Below are positions 39,696-49,488 of a stretch of 64,000 bases of DNA, piece after piece. Location: contig JAYWCB010000011.1 of NCBI GenBank assembly GCA_043780835.1, positions 26,767-90,766 on the forward strand, written 5' to 3'. Each line of letters opens with the position of its first letter. Positions within the stretch are counted from its first letter, which is position 1. The notes beneath the pieces are model-generated. The model was given only the letters and a program-made list of their open reading frames with translations. It did no database searches and had not been told where the DNA came from. The position numbers and the translations under genes are program-made. This DNA is from Minisyncoccota bacterium (lineage in GTDB: Bacteria; Patescibacteriota; Minisyncoccia; Phycocordibacterales; UBA2100).

Positions 39696-40678
39696 TGAAA
39701 CAATTTCTCTTTGTTGCGCTGGTACTCATCCTTACTCCGTCGATTTCGTACGCTGCTGATGGATCACTGTACCTCTGGCCGGCACGCGACATCCATGCAA
39801 TCGGAGACATCTTCGAAGTAGCGGTGCGTGCAAATACAGACGGTGTCTCCGCCAACGCCGCGGAAGCCGACATCGCGTTTAACACCAACGCGCTCGCTGT
39901 CGAGAGTATTTCGACTACCGGTTCGGTGTTATCGTTCTGGCCGACGGCAGCCACATTTTCTAACGACAAAGGCACAATCCGATTTTCCGGAACCGCAGCG
40001 GGAAGTTTTAATTCCGATGCTGCGACACTCGTCTCGATAAAATTCCGCGCTAAAAGTAATGTTCCTGGGGATGTGCATATCGATTCAGGTGCACTGCTTT
40101 TAAATGATGCGCGCGCGACAAACATAATTGCGAGTATGCATTCCGGCCTGTACACCGTGACCGCGCGAGCGCTTCCTCCTGCAGCAGAATCGATACCGCT
40201 TGCGGCTACGACCACTGAGGCGACTGCGCCTGTGCCCGAAGTAAAAGGCGTCGCAATTCAAGTGCCAACAATAAAAGCGTACGACGATCACATCTTGAGT
40301 GGTGAGCGTATTGCGCTGCAAGGTACGGCTGCCCCCAGTTCGAAGCTTTCGGTTTTTCTGCAGTACGGGGACGATGCGCCGCGGGAAAGTGCAGTGCTTT
40401 CCACGAGCGATGGCACATTTATATATGTTTCCGCCGAACCCGCCCATCGCGGTGTCTATCACGCGTGGGCTGTGGTTCAGACGGCTCGCAATCAACTTTC
40501 GTCAGATAAAATTGTGATCAGTGCACAGTCGCGCGGGCTTTCCGCTGCGGGCGAATCGATTGGGCCGATCCTCACGCGTGCGTTACCGTACGTGGTGCTT
40601 CTTATAGGAGCGGTTCTATTGCTCGGCTATTTTTATAATCGTAAATCGCGCGCTGGCGTTACTGGCGCATCCGTGTAA
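39692..40678 (+). CDS. Secreted cohesin-domain protein with C-terminal TM anchor
   Basis: Signal peptide MMKQFLFVALVLILTPSISYA. Cohesin-like pattern: LYLWPARDIHAIGDIFEVAVRANTDGVSANAAEADIAFNTNALAVESISTTGSVLSFWPTAATFSNDKGTIRFSGTAAG. C-terminal TM LPYVVLLIGAVLLLGYFY. Its start overlaps the stop of the preceding gene. Confidence 0.6.
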   Translation: MMKQFLFVALVLILTPSISYAADGSLYLWPARDIHAIGDIFEVAVRANTDGVSANAAEADIAFNTNALAVESISTTGSVLSFWPTAATFSNDKGTIRFSGTAAGSFNSDAATLVSIKFRAKSNVPGDVHIDSGALLLNDARATNIIASMHSGLYTVTARALPPAAESIPLAATTTEATAPVPEVKGVAIQVPTIKAYDDHILSGERIALQGTAAPSSKLSVFLQYGDDAPRESAVLSTSDGTFIYVSAEPAHRGVYHAWAVVQTARNQLSSDKIVISAQSRGLSAAGESIGPILTRALPYVVLLIGAVLLLGYFYNRKSRAGVTGASV

Positions 40679-41441
40679 AGAAAATGGAAAGGTCGGCAAG
40701 CGTAACAGCGCCATCGCGATCGAGATCAAATTTTGAGTTATACGGTGCAATCATTTGAAACGCCATGATGGAAAGATCGACAACGTTGATTTTGCCGTCG
40801 CCATTAAAATCGATTGTCGGGGGCGCCAGGGTTTCATCATTCATATGACCTCCAGACGAGGCAACCGCGCGTGTTGTTTCGGGAATATCAAAGCTCAGCA
40901 CCCGCTTACTGCTCGGCACCTCTGACCCTCGTCCGTCTGCCGCAAAAATTTGAGCGTCTTTAAAAAACAATTCCGCGGTCCCGGATTTTTTTGCTTTGAC
41001 GGTGAGTGTAACGACCGTACCCACACCGCTCAAACCGCCGGGTGCGAGCGTGCCGCCGCTGAAATGCACTTCTCCGATACCTTCCTTAATAGTTGTCTCT
41101 TCGGTCCATAAATCCAGAAATGATTGTTCTTTGCTGATACCAACAACCTCGAGCGTGTCTTCCGGAAATTTTATAGTTGCACCGACCGTATTGACAGGAG
41201 TTTTCGTGTTGATACGCACATCGATGTCTGTTGTTTCTCCAACTTTGAGAGTGGACGAACTATGCGGAGAAAAGTAGAGCACGGTATCGGTACTGACAGA
41301 CGCGGCGCTACCGGCAATGAGTGTCACAATCGAGCCGCCACGATTGATGAGTACGGTAGTCGATGCGATGAGGAGCACGAGAACCGCGACTGCGTGAAAG
41401 AGGCCTATGGTATGTACAAAATCAACGACCCGCCGAAACAT
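40659..41441 (-). CDS. Membrane-anchored protein with one cohesin domain and a C-terminal type-I-like dockerin
   Basis: N-terminal TM. Cohesin-like domain: VLYFSPHSSSTLKVGETTDIDVRINTKTPVNTVGATIKFPEDTLEVVGISKEQSFLDLW...GEVHFSGGTLAPGG. Dockerin repeats: DFNGDGKINVVDLSIMAF and DLDRDGAVTLADLSIFF. It is convergent with 39692..40678, with a 20-nt 3' overlap. Confidence 0.7.
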   Translation of the reverse strand: MFRRVVDFVHTIGLFHAVAVLVLLIASTTVLINRGGSIVTLIAGSAASVSTDTVLYFSPHSSSTLKVGETTDIDVRINTKTPVNTVGATIKFPEDTLEVVGISKEQSFLDLWTEETTIKEGIGEVHFSGGTLAPGGLSGVGTVVTLTVKAKKSGTAELFFKDAQIFAADGRGSEVPSSKRVLSFDIPETTRAVASSGGHMNDETLAPPTIDFNGDGKINVVDLSIMAFQMIAPYNSKFDLDRDGAVTLADLSIFFTRMRQ

Positions 41442-41456
41442 ACAAAAAGTCTAACA

Positions 41457-42233
41457 TTATTCCGTATTGGTCGGGGTAGCAAATACTTCAGGTGTGTTTA
41501 CACGCAAAATTGTGCTCGTTGCAACATAGCCGTCACTTAAAAAATGGATCATGCGAATGTGGGCGCCCTCATCCACCCACACATCCACAGTCCCTGTAGA
41601 GATAATGCCGATCAGTGCCTTTAAAGGGCCGGTCGCTTTCGTGGTCGACTTTTTCGAAATCGTGAACGTATATACCGAGTACGTGGTGCTTGCGATTGTA
41701 TGAAGTGTCGATTTTCCGATAAGCGACAGATACGATCCGTTTTGGCCTAAAAGCGCGAGGTTGTCGAGAATTGGACCGGGAACCGCAATATCAACAAATC
41801 GCTCAGGTATTGCCTCTGCTTTGAAATGTCTCCATTTCGCACCGTAGGGGATCGTTTTACGTAAGAGAGCGCTCGTTGTTTGGATTTTCACGTATACGTC
41901 GTCATTGAGTGAGAGGTGTTCGAGCGTAAAGACATGCGTGTTCTTTGGCGGTCGCATATCGAGCAGGGTGAGCGTTGTGGTGGCGATCGATCCGTAGCGA
42001 TGCGCATCAAAATCGAGTCTATAGAGCCCAGAAATGTCGATTGTACGTTGCTCCATCTCGGCATGCGTATCATCCTGCATTTCGTACGAATGAAGTCCTT
42101 GCACCTCATTGAGAGCCGTTTGGAGGCGTTCATCATAGGCGGGTGCGATCGCGTGGCGATACAGCAGAAATGCGCCCGCAACGATCGTAAGCGCGGTAAT
42201 CGGTATCAATACCGTGAGGAGTCGATTTTTCAT
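41457..42233 (-). CDS. Hypothetical membrane-anchored protein
   Basis: Trimmed to MKNRLLTVLIPITALTIVAGAFLLY (signal anchor). A roughly 230-aa extracytoplasmic domain of unknown family. Confidence 0.5.
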   Translation of the reverse strand: MKNRLLTVLIPITALTIVAGAFLLYRHAIAPAYDERLQTALNEVQGLHSYEMQDDTHAEMEQRTIDISGLYRLDFDAHRYGSIATTTLTLLDMRPPKNTHVFTLEHLSLNDDVYVKIQTTSALLRKTIPYGAKWRHFKAEAIPERFVDIAVPGPILDNLALLGQNGSYLSLIGKSTLHTIASTTYSVYTFTISKKSTTKATGPLKALIGIISTGTVDVWVDEGAHIRMIHFLSDGYVATSTILRVNTPEVFATPTNTE

Positions 42234-42400
42234 GAGCAATGCATATTCAGTGTATAGGTGATCTGCGCCCCCACAAGTAAAAAATGTGCTCAAGAGTGCA
42301 AAGGGATTCGTGCACTCATTTGATTGATACCCAAAAACTCACGAAAGTTGTCCACACCGAAAAATAGGCTAAAAACCTAGGGATTATACAATTGCTCTAT

Positions 42401-42458
42401 GAGATCTCGACCCCCGAGATTGCATAAATAAGCCAAACTCGACCCTCGAGATTTGCAT
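42401..42458 (+). promoter_or_regulatory. Two ~21-bp direct repeats, each containing a palindrome, immediately upstream of the HTH gene (candidate operators)
   Basis: ATCTCGACCCCCGAGATTGCATA (42404..) and ACTCGACCCTCGAGATTTGCATA (42438..). Inner palindromes are ATCTCG-N5-CGAGAT and CTCGA-N3-TCGAG. The second copy abuts the start codon region at 42453..42461. Confidence 0.45.
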
Positions 42459-42845
42459 ATGATGAACAAAAAAGACGAATACATATCTCTTCGCGAAGCG
42501 GCAGCGATTGCTGGGTATACACCGGACTATGTCGGGCAACTCATTCGCAGCGGCAAAATTCCAGGAAAGCAGGTGTTTGCGAACGTTGCATGGATGACTA
42601 CCGAGGAAGCCGTGCGGAGCTACGCGGGGCAAAAGAAAGGAAAAAACTCCGGAAAAGATGTGATTGCCCCCACAATATTCGAAACCCTCCAGCGTGAGAT
42701 CGACTCGCCTCGAATCGTAAAGCGTCTTTCGATTGCGCTCATCGTGATGAGTGTCGCATTTATGCTCTTGCTCTTCTATATCTTTTCAACGTCGCTCGAC
42801 CAGCGACTCAATCAGCGCGCGATACAGCGGCTCGAGCAAACATAA
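42459..42845 (+). CDS. HTH_17 (excisionase/MerR-like) DNA-binding domain protein with C-terminal TM helix
   Basis: The N-terminal ISLREAAAIAGYTPDYVGQLIRSGKIPGKQV matches the HTH_17/excisionase-type helix-turn-helix. C-terminal TM IALIVMSVAFMLLLFYIF. The ORF track begins at TTG 42453; ATG 42459 was chosen. The stop lies 4 nt before the next giant gene. Confidence 0.6.
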   Translation: MMNKKDEYISLREAAAIAGYTPDYVGQLIRSGKIPGKQVFANVAWMTTEEAVRSYAGQKKGKNSGKDVIAPTIFETLQREIDSPRIVKRLSIALIVMSVAFMLLLFYIFSTSLDQRLNQRAIQRLEQT

Positions 42846-42849
42846 AATC

Positions 42850-45800
42850 ATGAACACACACAGTCAATCATGGGTACGCATGATTCGGGAGACAACGCGA
42901 CTGGCCGCGATTCTTTCATGTACGGTATTTGTGCTCGGATCGTTTGCTCCGGTGGCGCTCGCTGCAACCGGTGTACCACGAATCATGAACTACCAGGGAC
43001 GTCTCATGAATGCGGGTGGATCATTGCTTGGTGGTGCAGGAACTGATTACTGCGTACGTTTTTCACTGTATGACAATGCGTCGGTTGGATCAGGGGCAAA
43101 ATTGTGGCCGTCAACCGCACCGTCAACCATGACTGTTGTTGTAAAAAACGGCGTGTTCAACGCGGGCGTCGGTGATACCAATGCCGGCGGCGACACGCTC
43201 AACTTTAATTTTGAAGACACCGATACCGCATATCTCAATGTGGAGGTTGCAACAAAAGTTGGTCCGACCTGTGCTCCGGGCGATGGTGTAGAAGTTTTTG
43301 AAAACCTTTCGCCGCGACAGCGCGTAACCGCCTCGGGATATGCAATTAATTCCGCCACCCTCAACGGAAAGAGCGGGAGTTACTATCTCGCAAATTCCTA
43401 TGCAACCACGAGCGCCGCATACAACCTCAACACGTACGACAAAGGATATTTCTTTTCCACCACGTCGGTTACCTATTGGGACACCACACAGTTTCGTTGG
43501 GCAACAACGAGTTCTGATGCATGGTTTGCAACGAAAACAACAGACGGCCTAACCCAAGGTTCAACAAATCTTTATTACTCGAACAATCTCGTCAACGGTT
43601 TCATTGCAGGATCTTCTACTATCCCAAAGTCTTATACAAACAATGCATATACCGGTACGAACTCGTTTACCGGTGATGTAACACTCGCAAATGCGACGAC
43701 TTCTAATTTCAATATCACGAACACGATCTCCGGAGCCGGACTCATATCGTGCTCGAGTTCGACAGATAAAGTGATATGGAATGCAAGCACTCGTCAGTTT
43801 GGCTGCGGGGCAGACGCAGGTGCGGGCGGCGGAATTACCGCACTCGGTGCGCAGTATTCGGTATTCCAAACGGGCGCATCGCAAACATTTGCAACCTCAT
43901 CTGACACCAATATCGGAATCACCATAACCTCATCGGGAGACACGCACACGTTTGCGCCAAAGTGGTTCGGATCACTTGCTGCCGGTCGCGGCGGTACCGG
44001 TATTACATCGATTTCTCAAAACGGGATATTGATCGGCGGAGCAGGTAACACGTGGGGACAAGTCGCAACATCATCGCTTGGGCTACCCACCTATGGTGAT
44101 CTCGGGGCATACCTAGGTCTCGCTGCGTGGTATGCAACGACGACTGACGCACTTGCCGAAGGCTCAAACAATAAATACTTTACGACCAACCGTGTTGCCG
44201 GCGTGCTCGCAGGAACCACCACTGATGCAATTGCTGAAGGTGCAACAAACAAGTACTATACGGACCCACGCGTGCAAACCTACCTCAATGGTGTGTCAAA
44301 AGGGTTTTTCTTCTCCACCACATCGACCGATTTCTGGAAAACCCAAAACAATTTCTTCTCGACCACGTCCGCGTCGCACTTTTCTTCGCTTGGCCTCGCG
44401 TTTTCGACAACCTCAAGTGCATTCTTCCTGTCGCAAAATCAGGGCGCTGCGTTTTCTACCACATCTACCGACTACTATGTGGGAGCGACAACATCGATTC
44501 CTAAAACATACACAAACAATACCTATAGCGGCACCAATTCATTCCAAAATGTTTCCGCAACGGGTGCAACGACCACATCGTCGTACACGGCAACTGCAAG
44601 TTCTACGAATCTCTTCTCGAATCTCGCAACGATCGGATCGCTGATTTCCGGCGCAATTACCGGCAACACACTGACTGCAACCAACGCGACCACCACGGTA
44701 CTCTCTGCAGGCACCGCATCGACTTCGAATCTCACGATCTCGAACATTCAGAACTCGATGCTATACACCGGCCCGGGTGGCGTTGTAACTGCGGCTAGTA
44801 TTTCAGGCCCGCTTTCATTTAGCGCAGGTGCGCTTTCAATTTCGCAGGCAAACGCGTCAACAAATGGATACCTTTCATCCGGTGATTGGAATGCGTTCAA
44901 TAGCCGACTCTCCACGTCTTCGTTGGGGACGATCGACAAGGGTTATTTCTTCTCCACAACCTCAACCGACTTCTGGAAAACGCAGAATAATTTCTTCTCC
45001 ACCACGTCCGCGTCGCATTTTTCTTCGCTTGGCCTCGCGTTCTCCACAACCTCTAGCGCATTCTTCCTGTCGCAAAATCAGGGCGCCGCGTTTTCTACGA
45101 CATCCGCGTCGCACTTTGCGTCTGTCGGTCTCGCACACTCAACGACATCAGATGCGTATTTCCTTTCACAAAATCAGGGGAGCGCGTACTCGACCACATC
45201 AGAGAACTACTATCAGCACTCGTCATCAACTGTTGCAACAACCTATAAAAGTAATACGTTCACCGGTACGAACGGTTTCCAGAATATTTCGGCAACGGGT
45301 GCAACAACCACATCGCTTTCAACCGGAATCGCTTCCACGACAAACCTCACGATCTCCGCGTTGCAAAATTCGATGCTCTACACGGGACCGGGCGGCATCG
45401 TGTCGGCTGCGAGTATCACAGGGCCGCTTTTGTTTAGCGCCGGCACGCTTTCGATGCAGCAATCAGGCGGCACGCTGAGCGGGTATCTGTCTTCGTCGGA
45501 TTGGAACTCGTTCAACAGTCGACTCTCTACCTCGACACTCGGGCTTATTGATAAAGGATTCTTTTATTCAACGACATCTGAAGATGCATACATTGGTGCA
45601 ACCACATCAATACCGAAAACATATACCGCAAACACATTTATTGCACTGAACAGCTTTGCAAACATAACCGCAACCGGTGCTACAACCACGTCGCTCTTTT
45701 CCACGACCGCATCGTCCACAAATATATTCGCAAACGCGGCTCGCTTCGGTTCGCTCGGCGCGTTCTCGCTCGTCGGATCAGTCGCAGCTGCAGCGAACAG

Positions 45801-47694
45801 TATTACGGGGATCAGCATCGCATCGACGACTGACTTATGGATTTCAAATATTCGTGACGGATTACTTGCGACAAACGCACAGGGGAATGTGGTCGCCTCA
45901 TCCACACCGACCGCAGCGAGCTTCAATGCAACAAGCAATACGGTCGCATCACAACTCCCATATGCATCCACCACCGCAGTCTCCGTATTGCAGCAACTTT
46001 CAATCGGTGCCGCCAACGGAACGATCTTTCAGGGTGCTGTTGCCGGCACGTCGACCGTTGCAGGAGTCATCAACGTAACGGGCACGAACTCCACTTCAAC
46101 ATTTTCGGGTGGAGTAGCGGCAACCCGTTTGAATCTCACGTCGGGTACGTCAACCGCTGCGAACGGATTTAGTATCGCAAACGGCTGCTATTCTATTAAC
46201 GGTGTATGCGAACTGTCTTCAGTAACTGCGGCAAACTCGACGATCACGGTCACTCCGGGTAATGGCACAGCTGCTATTTCGCTGAATCTTGCAAACCCGA
46301 ATGTGTGGTCTGGTCTACAGCAATTTGGTAATGCAACAACAAGCCTACTCGAAGCCACGCAGTTCTATGCACGAACCATCCAATCCACATCTACGAATGC
46401 ACTCATCCTTAAATCAAACTTTTCTTCAACGGCGGGCCTCACCTTCGGTAGTACATCAACTCCGCAGGTGCTCGGTATCGATACGATCAATAATCGCGTA
46501 ACACTCGGCACAGGTGGTGCGAATCCGAGCCTCCTTGTGTTCGATACAAAAAACACGTTGGGTGATCCCGTTGGGGTCGCGGGTGCGGAATACTACAATA
46601 GTAATAGTGGTGCTTTTCGCTGCTTTGCATCAAGTTGGGTGACCTGTGGGGGACAGGCCGCCAGCTCAACCGGCGATGTACAGTTCAGAAATGTTGACGG
46701 CTCATTCACAGCCACGTCCAACTTCAACTGGTCGCTCGCAAGTAATAGCCTTTCAATTAAAGGTGTTGCCGGGCAAACGGCCGGTATTTTCACTATTGCC
46801 TCGTCGACCGGCGTTGCGTTATTCGGTGTAAGTGCAAACGGAGTTCTGGAATTCGCGACGACCACGGATCCTGCAACGCCGTCCCTTGGTTTGGATGTCT
46901 ACGCAAAAACAATTGCGACCCGTGCCTTCATTGCCACAAAGGATCAAAACGGTCTTGTCGGATCGCTGCAACCGCTCATGGCCCGTAACAAAGTCGGTTT
47001 CTGGAATCCGGCGGGCAATAGCGTAAGCGCTCCGGGCGTCTTTGGATTTCCGGCATTTACGACAACGGGCACGGTAACGGCGCGCAGCGTTGCTACTACG
47101 AACCTCGCGAACCGGCTTCGGCGTATCGGTTATGTGAGCACTGCCGTTGCGGGTAACTTTGCAGAAACGCGCGTAGCTGTCGCGCAATATTCAATCGGCA
47201 CGGGCACCGGAGTCGGCGGCTTTACAATGATTGCGCGATTCGTCCCGTCAGATGCTGCCGCGGTGGCGGGTGAACGATTTTTTCTCGGTCTCACGTCTAC
47301 AACGATCGCTGCGACCAACGTTGAACCCACGACGCTCACGAATTCTATCGGCATTGCGCAAATCAGTACGTCTACGAACTTGTTCCTGGTGTACGGAGGA
47401 AGTGTTCCTCAAACACCGATTGATCTTGGTGCGAACTTTCCGGCCGCAGGTCTATCGACTGACGCGTACGAGCTCAGTCTGTTTTCAAGTCCCAATGCCT
47501 CCACGACAATCGGATACGAAGTGACGCGTATCAATACCGGTGACACGGTTTCCGGAACGCTCACGGGTGCAGGCGGGACGGCGATTCCACTTTCGACAAC
47601 ACTCCTTACCTTTAAAGCGTGGAAAACCAACAATGCGACGGCTGCAGCAGCGGCGTTCGACCTCTCATCTATTTACTTAGAAACCGATAATTAA
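42850..47694 (+). CDS. Giant fibrous Ser/Thr/Gly-rich surface protein (1,614 aa) with signal peptide and internal tandem repeats
   Basis: Trimmed to MNTHSQSW...AAILSCTVFVLGSFAPVALAATG (signal peptide). The conserved-looking N-terminal domain (IMNYQGRLMNAGG...CVRFSLYDNASVGSGAKLWPS...VVVKNGVFNAGVGD...YLNVEVA...LSPRQRVTASGYAINSATLNG) is followed by very long S/T/G/A/N-rich fibrous sequence. Confidence 0.8.
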   Translation: MNTHSQSWVRMIRETTRLAAILSCTVFVLGSFAPVALAATGVPRIMNYQGRLMNAGGSLLGGAGTDYCVRFSLYDNASVGSGAKLWPSTAPSTMTVVVKNGVFNAGVGDTNAGGDTLNFNFEDTDTAYLNVEVATKVGPTCAPGDGVEVFENLSPRQRVTASGYAINSATLNGKSGSYYLANSYATTSAAYNLNTYDKGYFFSTTSVTYWDTTQFRWATTSSDAWFATKTTDGLTQGSTNLYYSNNLVNGFIAGSSTIPKSYTNNAYTGTNSFTGDVTLANATTSNFNITNTISGAGLISCSSSTDKVIWNASTRQFGCGADAGAGGGITALGAQYSVFQTGASQTFATSSDTNIGITITSSGDTHTFAPKWFGSLAAGRGGTGITSISQNGILIGGAGNTWGQVATSSLGLPTYGDLGAYLGLAAWYATTTDALAEGSNNKYFTTNRVAGVLAGTTTDAIAEGATNKYYTDPRVQTYLNGVSKGFFFSTTSTDFWKTQNNFFSTTSASHFSSLGLAFSTTSSAFFLSQNQGAAFSTTSTDYYVGATTSIPKTYTNNTYSGTNSFQNVSATGATTTSSYTATASSTNLFSNLATIGSLISGAITGNTLTATNATTTVLSAGTASTSNLTISNIQNSMLYTGPGGVVTAASISGPLSFSAGALSISQANASTNGYLSSGDWNAFNSRLSTSSLGTIDKGYFFSTTSTDFWKTQNNFFSTTSASHFSSLGLAFSTTSSAFFLSQNQGAAFSTTSASHFASVGLAHSTTSDAYFLSQNQGSAYSTTSENYYQHSSSTVATTYKSNTFTGTNGFQNISATGATTTSLSTGIASTTNLTISALQNSMLYTGPGGIVSAASITGPLLFSAGTLSMQQSGGTLSGYLSSSDWNSFNSRLSTSTLGLIDKGFFYSTTSEDAYIGATTSIPKTYTANTFIALNSFANITATGATTTSLFSTTASSTNIFANAARFGSLGAFSLVGSVAAAANSITGISIASTTDLWISNIRDGLLATNAQGNVVASSTPTAASFNATSNTVASQLPYASTTAVSVLQQLSIGAANGTIFQGAVAGTSTVAGVINVTGTNSTSTFSGGVAATRLNLTSGTSTAANGFSIANGCYSINGVCELSSVTAANSTITVTPGNGTAAISLNLANPNVWSGLQQFGNATTSLLEATQFYARTIQSTSTNALILKSNFSSTAGLTFGSTSTPQVLGIDTINNRVTLGTGGANPSLLVFDTKNTLGDPVGVAGAEYYNSNSGAFRCFASSWVTCGGQAASSTGDVQFRNVDGSFTATSNFNWSLASNSLSIKGVAGQTAGIFTIASSTGVALFGVSANGVLEFATTTDPATPSLGLDVYAKTIATRAFIATKDQNGLVGSLQPLMARNKVGFWNPAGNSVSAPGVFGFPAFTTTGTVTARSVATTNLANRLRRIGYVSTAVAGNFAETRVAVAQYSIGTGTGVGGFTMIARFVPSDAAAVAGERFFLGLTSTTIAATNVEPTTLTNSIGIAQISTSTNLFLVYGGSVPQTPIDLGANFPAAGLSTDAYELSLFSSPNASTTIGYEVTRINTGDTVSGTLTGAGGTAIPLSTTLLTFKAWKTNNATAAAAAFDLSSIYLETDN
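44290..45700 (+). repeat. 645-bp intragenic tandem duplication (2 full copies plus a partial) in the 42850..47694 gene
   Basis: Blocks at 44306..44460 and 44950..45105 are about 93% identical at nucleotide level. They encode (K/I)GFFFSTTSTDFWKTQNNFFSTTSASHFSSLGLAFSTTSSAFFLSQNQGAAFSTTS twice; a third, more diverged copy starts near 45545. Confidence 0.7.
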
Positions 47695-47701
47695 TCGTCG
47701 T

Positions 47702-48601
47702 ATGAAAAAAATATATAACACACCGGTCTTTCTCCTCCTCGTATCGATGGTTTTTGCACCGATTGCGTCGGCCCAAACAATGCAGGAAACATCTGACAAT
47801 GCGTCGCGCATTACACAAAGCAGCACATCGTCACCGACTACCGATGAAATGAAAGTCGTGGCACTGACGAGTGGGACCGACTCGTCTCAGGAGGGTACAA
47901 CAACCGTGTCAGTCTCGATTGCCGGCGTACAAGACGCAACAACATCGCAGCAGACCGCAGCAGCATCTGCCTTAGAGACAACCGCAGACCCTCAGGCAAC
48001 ATCTACCCAGGAAAGTCAGACGATCGTAGACGTACATATTGCGACGACTGACGCGTCAACGAGTATCATCGTAATTGAGCGTGAACCGAGTGCGCAGTCC
48101 GAGGTCGTCGCGAGCATTGACCCACCGACGCTCAATCTTGTAGCAGCGGCCCTTCCAAGGGAAGATGTGCATGATACAGCGTCGTCTACCGAATTCGCAG
48201 TCGACATTGATCCGTCGTACGTGTTTGAACTTTCGGGTAAAAAAATTGCGACGAAACGAACTGATCCGAAACATGGTAATGCTGTAGAAGTGCTCACGGC
48301 TCAGACTGAGGCAATGGTTGATAGCGTCTCAGGCTTAGTGAAAATTTCCGGGGTATGCACGGGCACATATTACGTGGTGCTCTTATTCAAGAATCAGACC
48401 GACTACGAAACTGACCCGCGATCGTTCATAGTCAATCGGGCCTATCCGTGTGAACACGGTGCATACTCCTATTCAATCGACAGGCTTCCGGCTACGCTAC
48501 CGAACGGTACGTACTACCTAATGGTTGGGGATCAGAGCGAAAACGGACCGTGGACGCCGGCAACCGGCCTCACGGAAGTCTCTATTAATAGAAGCAATTA
48601 G
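47702..48601 (+). CDS. Secreted Thr/Ser-rich protein (signal peptide), unknown function
   Basis: Signal peptide MKKIYNTPVFLLLVSMVFAPIASA. A T/S/Q-rich low-complexity N-terminal half and a folded C-terminal roughly 130 aa (Cys pair, YYVVLLFKNQ). Confidence 0.55.
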   Translation: MKKIYNTPVFLLLVSMVFAPIASAQTMQETSDNASRITQSSTSSPTTDEMKVVALTSGTDSSQEGTTTVSVSIAGVQDATTSQQTAAASALETTADPQATSTQESQTIVDVHIATTDASTSIIVIEREPSAQSEVVASIDPPTLNLVAAALPREDVHDTASSTEFAVDIDPSYVFELSGKKIATKRTDPKHGNAVEVLTAQTEAMVDSVSGLVKISGVCTGTYYVVLLFKNQTDYETDPRSFIVNRAYPCEHGAYSYSIDRLPATLPNGTYYLMVGDQSENGPWTPATGLTEVSINRSN

Positions 48602-48608
48602 GACCGCT

Positions 48609-49013
48609 ATGACGCACACCATCATCAAAAGTCTTGTGAAAGGAATCATATACGCGCTAATCGCCGTATGTGCCGTATGGTTCGTGACGACGCATACGAG
48701 CATCGCCGGCGGCGCGACCGATTCGTTTCCGACAGTCCCATCCGCAAAATGGCAGGCTGTATTTCTAACAGGCGGACAAGTGTATTTCGGAAAACTCTCC
48801 GACGTGGGGCATGGCTACGTGTCACTGAGTGATGTCTACTACCTCAAATCGGTGAGCGAGCTTGAGCAGAAAAATTTGAATCTCGTAAAACTCGGCGGCG
48901 AACTGCATGGTCCGGAGGACACGATCTTTATCCGTAAGGAAAGCATTTCGTTTTGGGAAAACATGAAAGACACCTCGCGCGTCGTGCAATCGATCGCGGG
49001 CTCCAAACAATAA
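48609..49013 (+). CDS. Hypothetical membrane-anchored small protein
   Basis: Trimmed to MTHTIIKSLVKGIIYALIAVCAVWFV (TM), then a roughly 100-aa domain. Confidence 0.45.
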   Translation: MTHTIIKSLVKGIIYALIAVCAVWFVTTHTSIAGGATDSFPTVPSAKWQAVFLTGGQVYFGKLSDVGHGYVSLSDVYYLKSVSELEQKNLNLVKLGGELHGPEDTIFIRKESISFWENMKDTSRVVQSIAGSKQ

Positions 49014-49015
49014 AC

Positions 49016-49486
49016 ATGACCATTGACCTGCGCAAAGCGAATCATCAAGCAGCGCAGCACGCAGTACGTGTGCCTGATGCACCGCGCGCGCAGGTGGAGG
49101 CGCATATTCCACGCACGCGCGTTGCACCCAGGCGCGCGCAAGAGCGTGCGGTAATGGCAATTGCTGCAGGAGCGGCACTCATCATCGTACTAATTCTATT
49201 GGTTTTCGGCGTCACAAAGGTGTGGGATCGTTTTTTTGGCGGCACTGATGCAGAAGTCCGCTCGCTCGTCTCGAGCGTTGGTCATCACATGCTTTTGCCC
49301 ACAGACGAAACACCCACGCTCGCAACTGTAAGCGACATGCACGCCCTCGAGGGTCAGGAATTCTTCAAAAACGCAAAAGAAGGCGACAAGGTGCTTATGT
49401 ATCTGCGCACACATCGCGCGATCATTTACCGCCCGTCTATTGATCGCATCATCGAAGTCGGCCCCATAACGGGCAAGGCACAATAA
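49016..49486 (+). CDS. Hypothetical membrane-anchored small protein
   Basis: Trimmed to MTIDLRKANHQ. A basic N-terminus, then TM (MAIAAGAALIIVLILLVFGV), then a roughly 80-aa domain. Confidence 0.45.
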   Translation: MTIDLRKANHQAAQHAVRVPDAPRAQVEAHIPRTRVAPRRAQERAVMAIAAGAALIIVLILLVFGVTKVWDRFFGGTDAEVRSLVSSVGHHMLLPTDETPTLATVSDMHALEGQEFFKNAKEGDKVLMYLRTHRAIIYRPSIDRIIEVGPITGKAQ

Positions 49487-49488
49487 CT

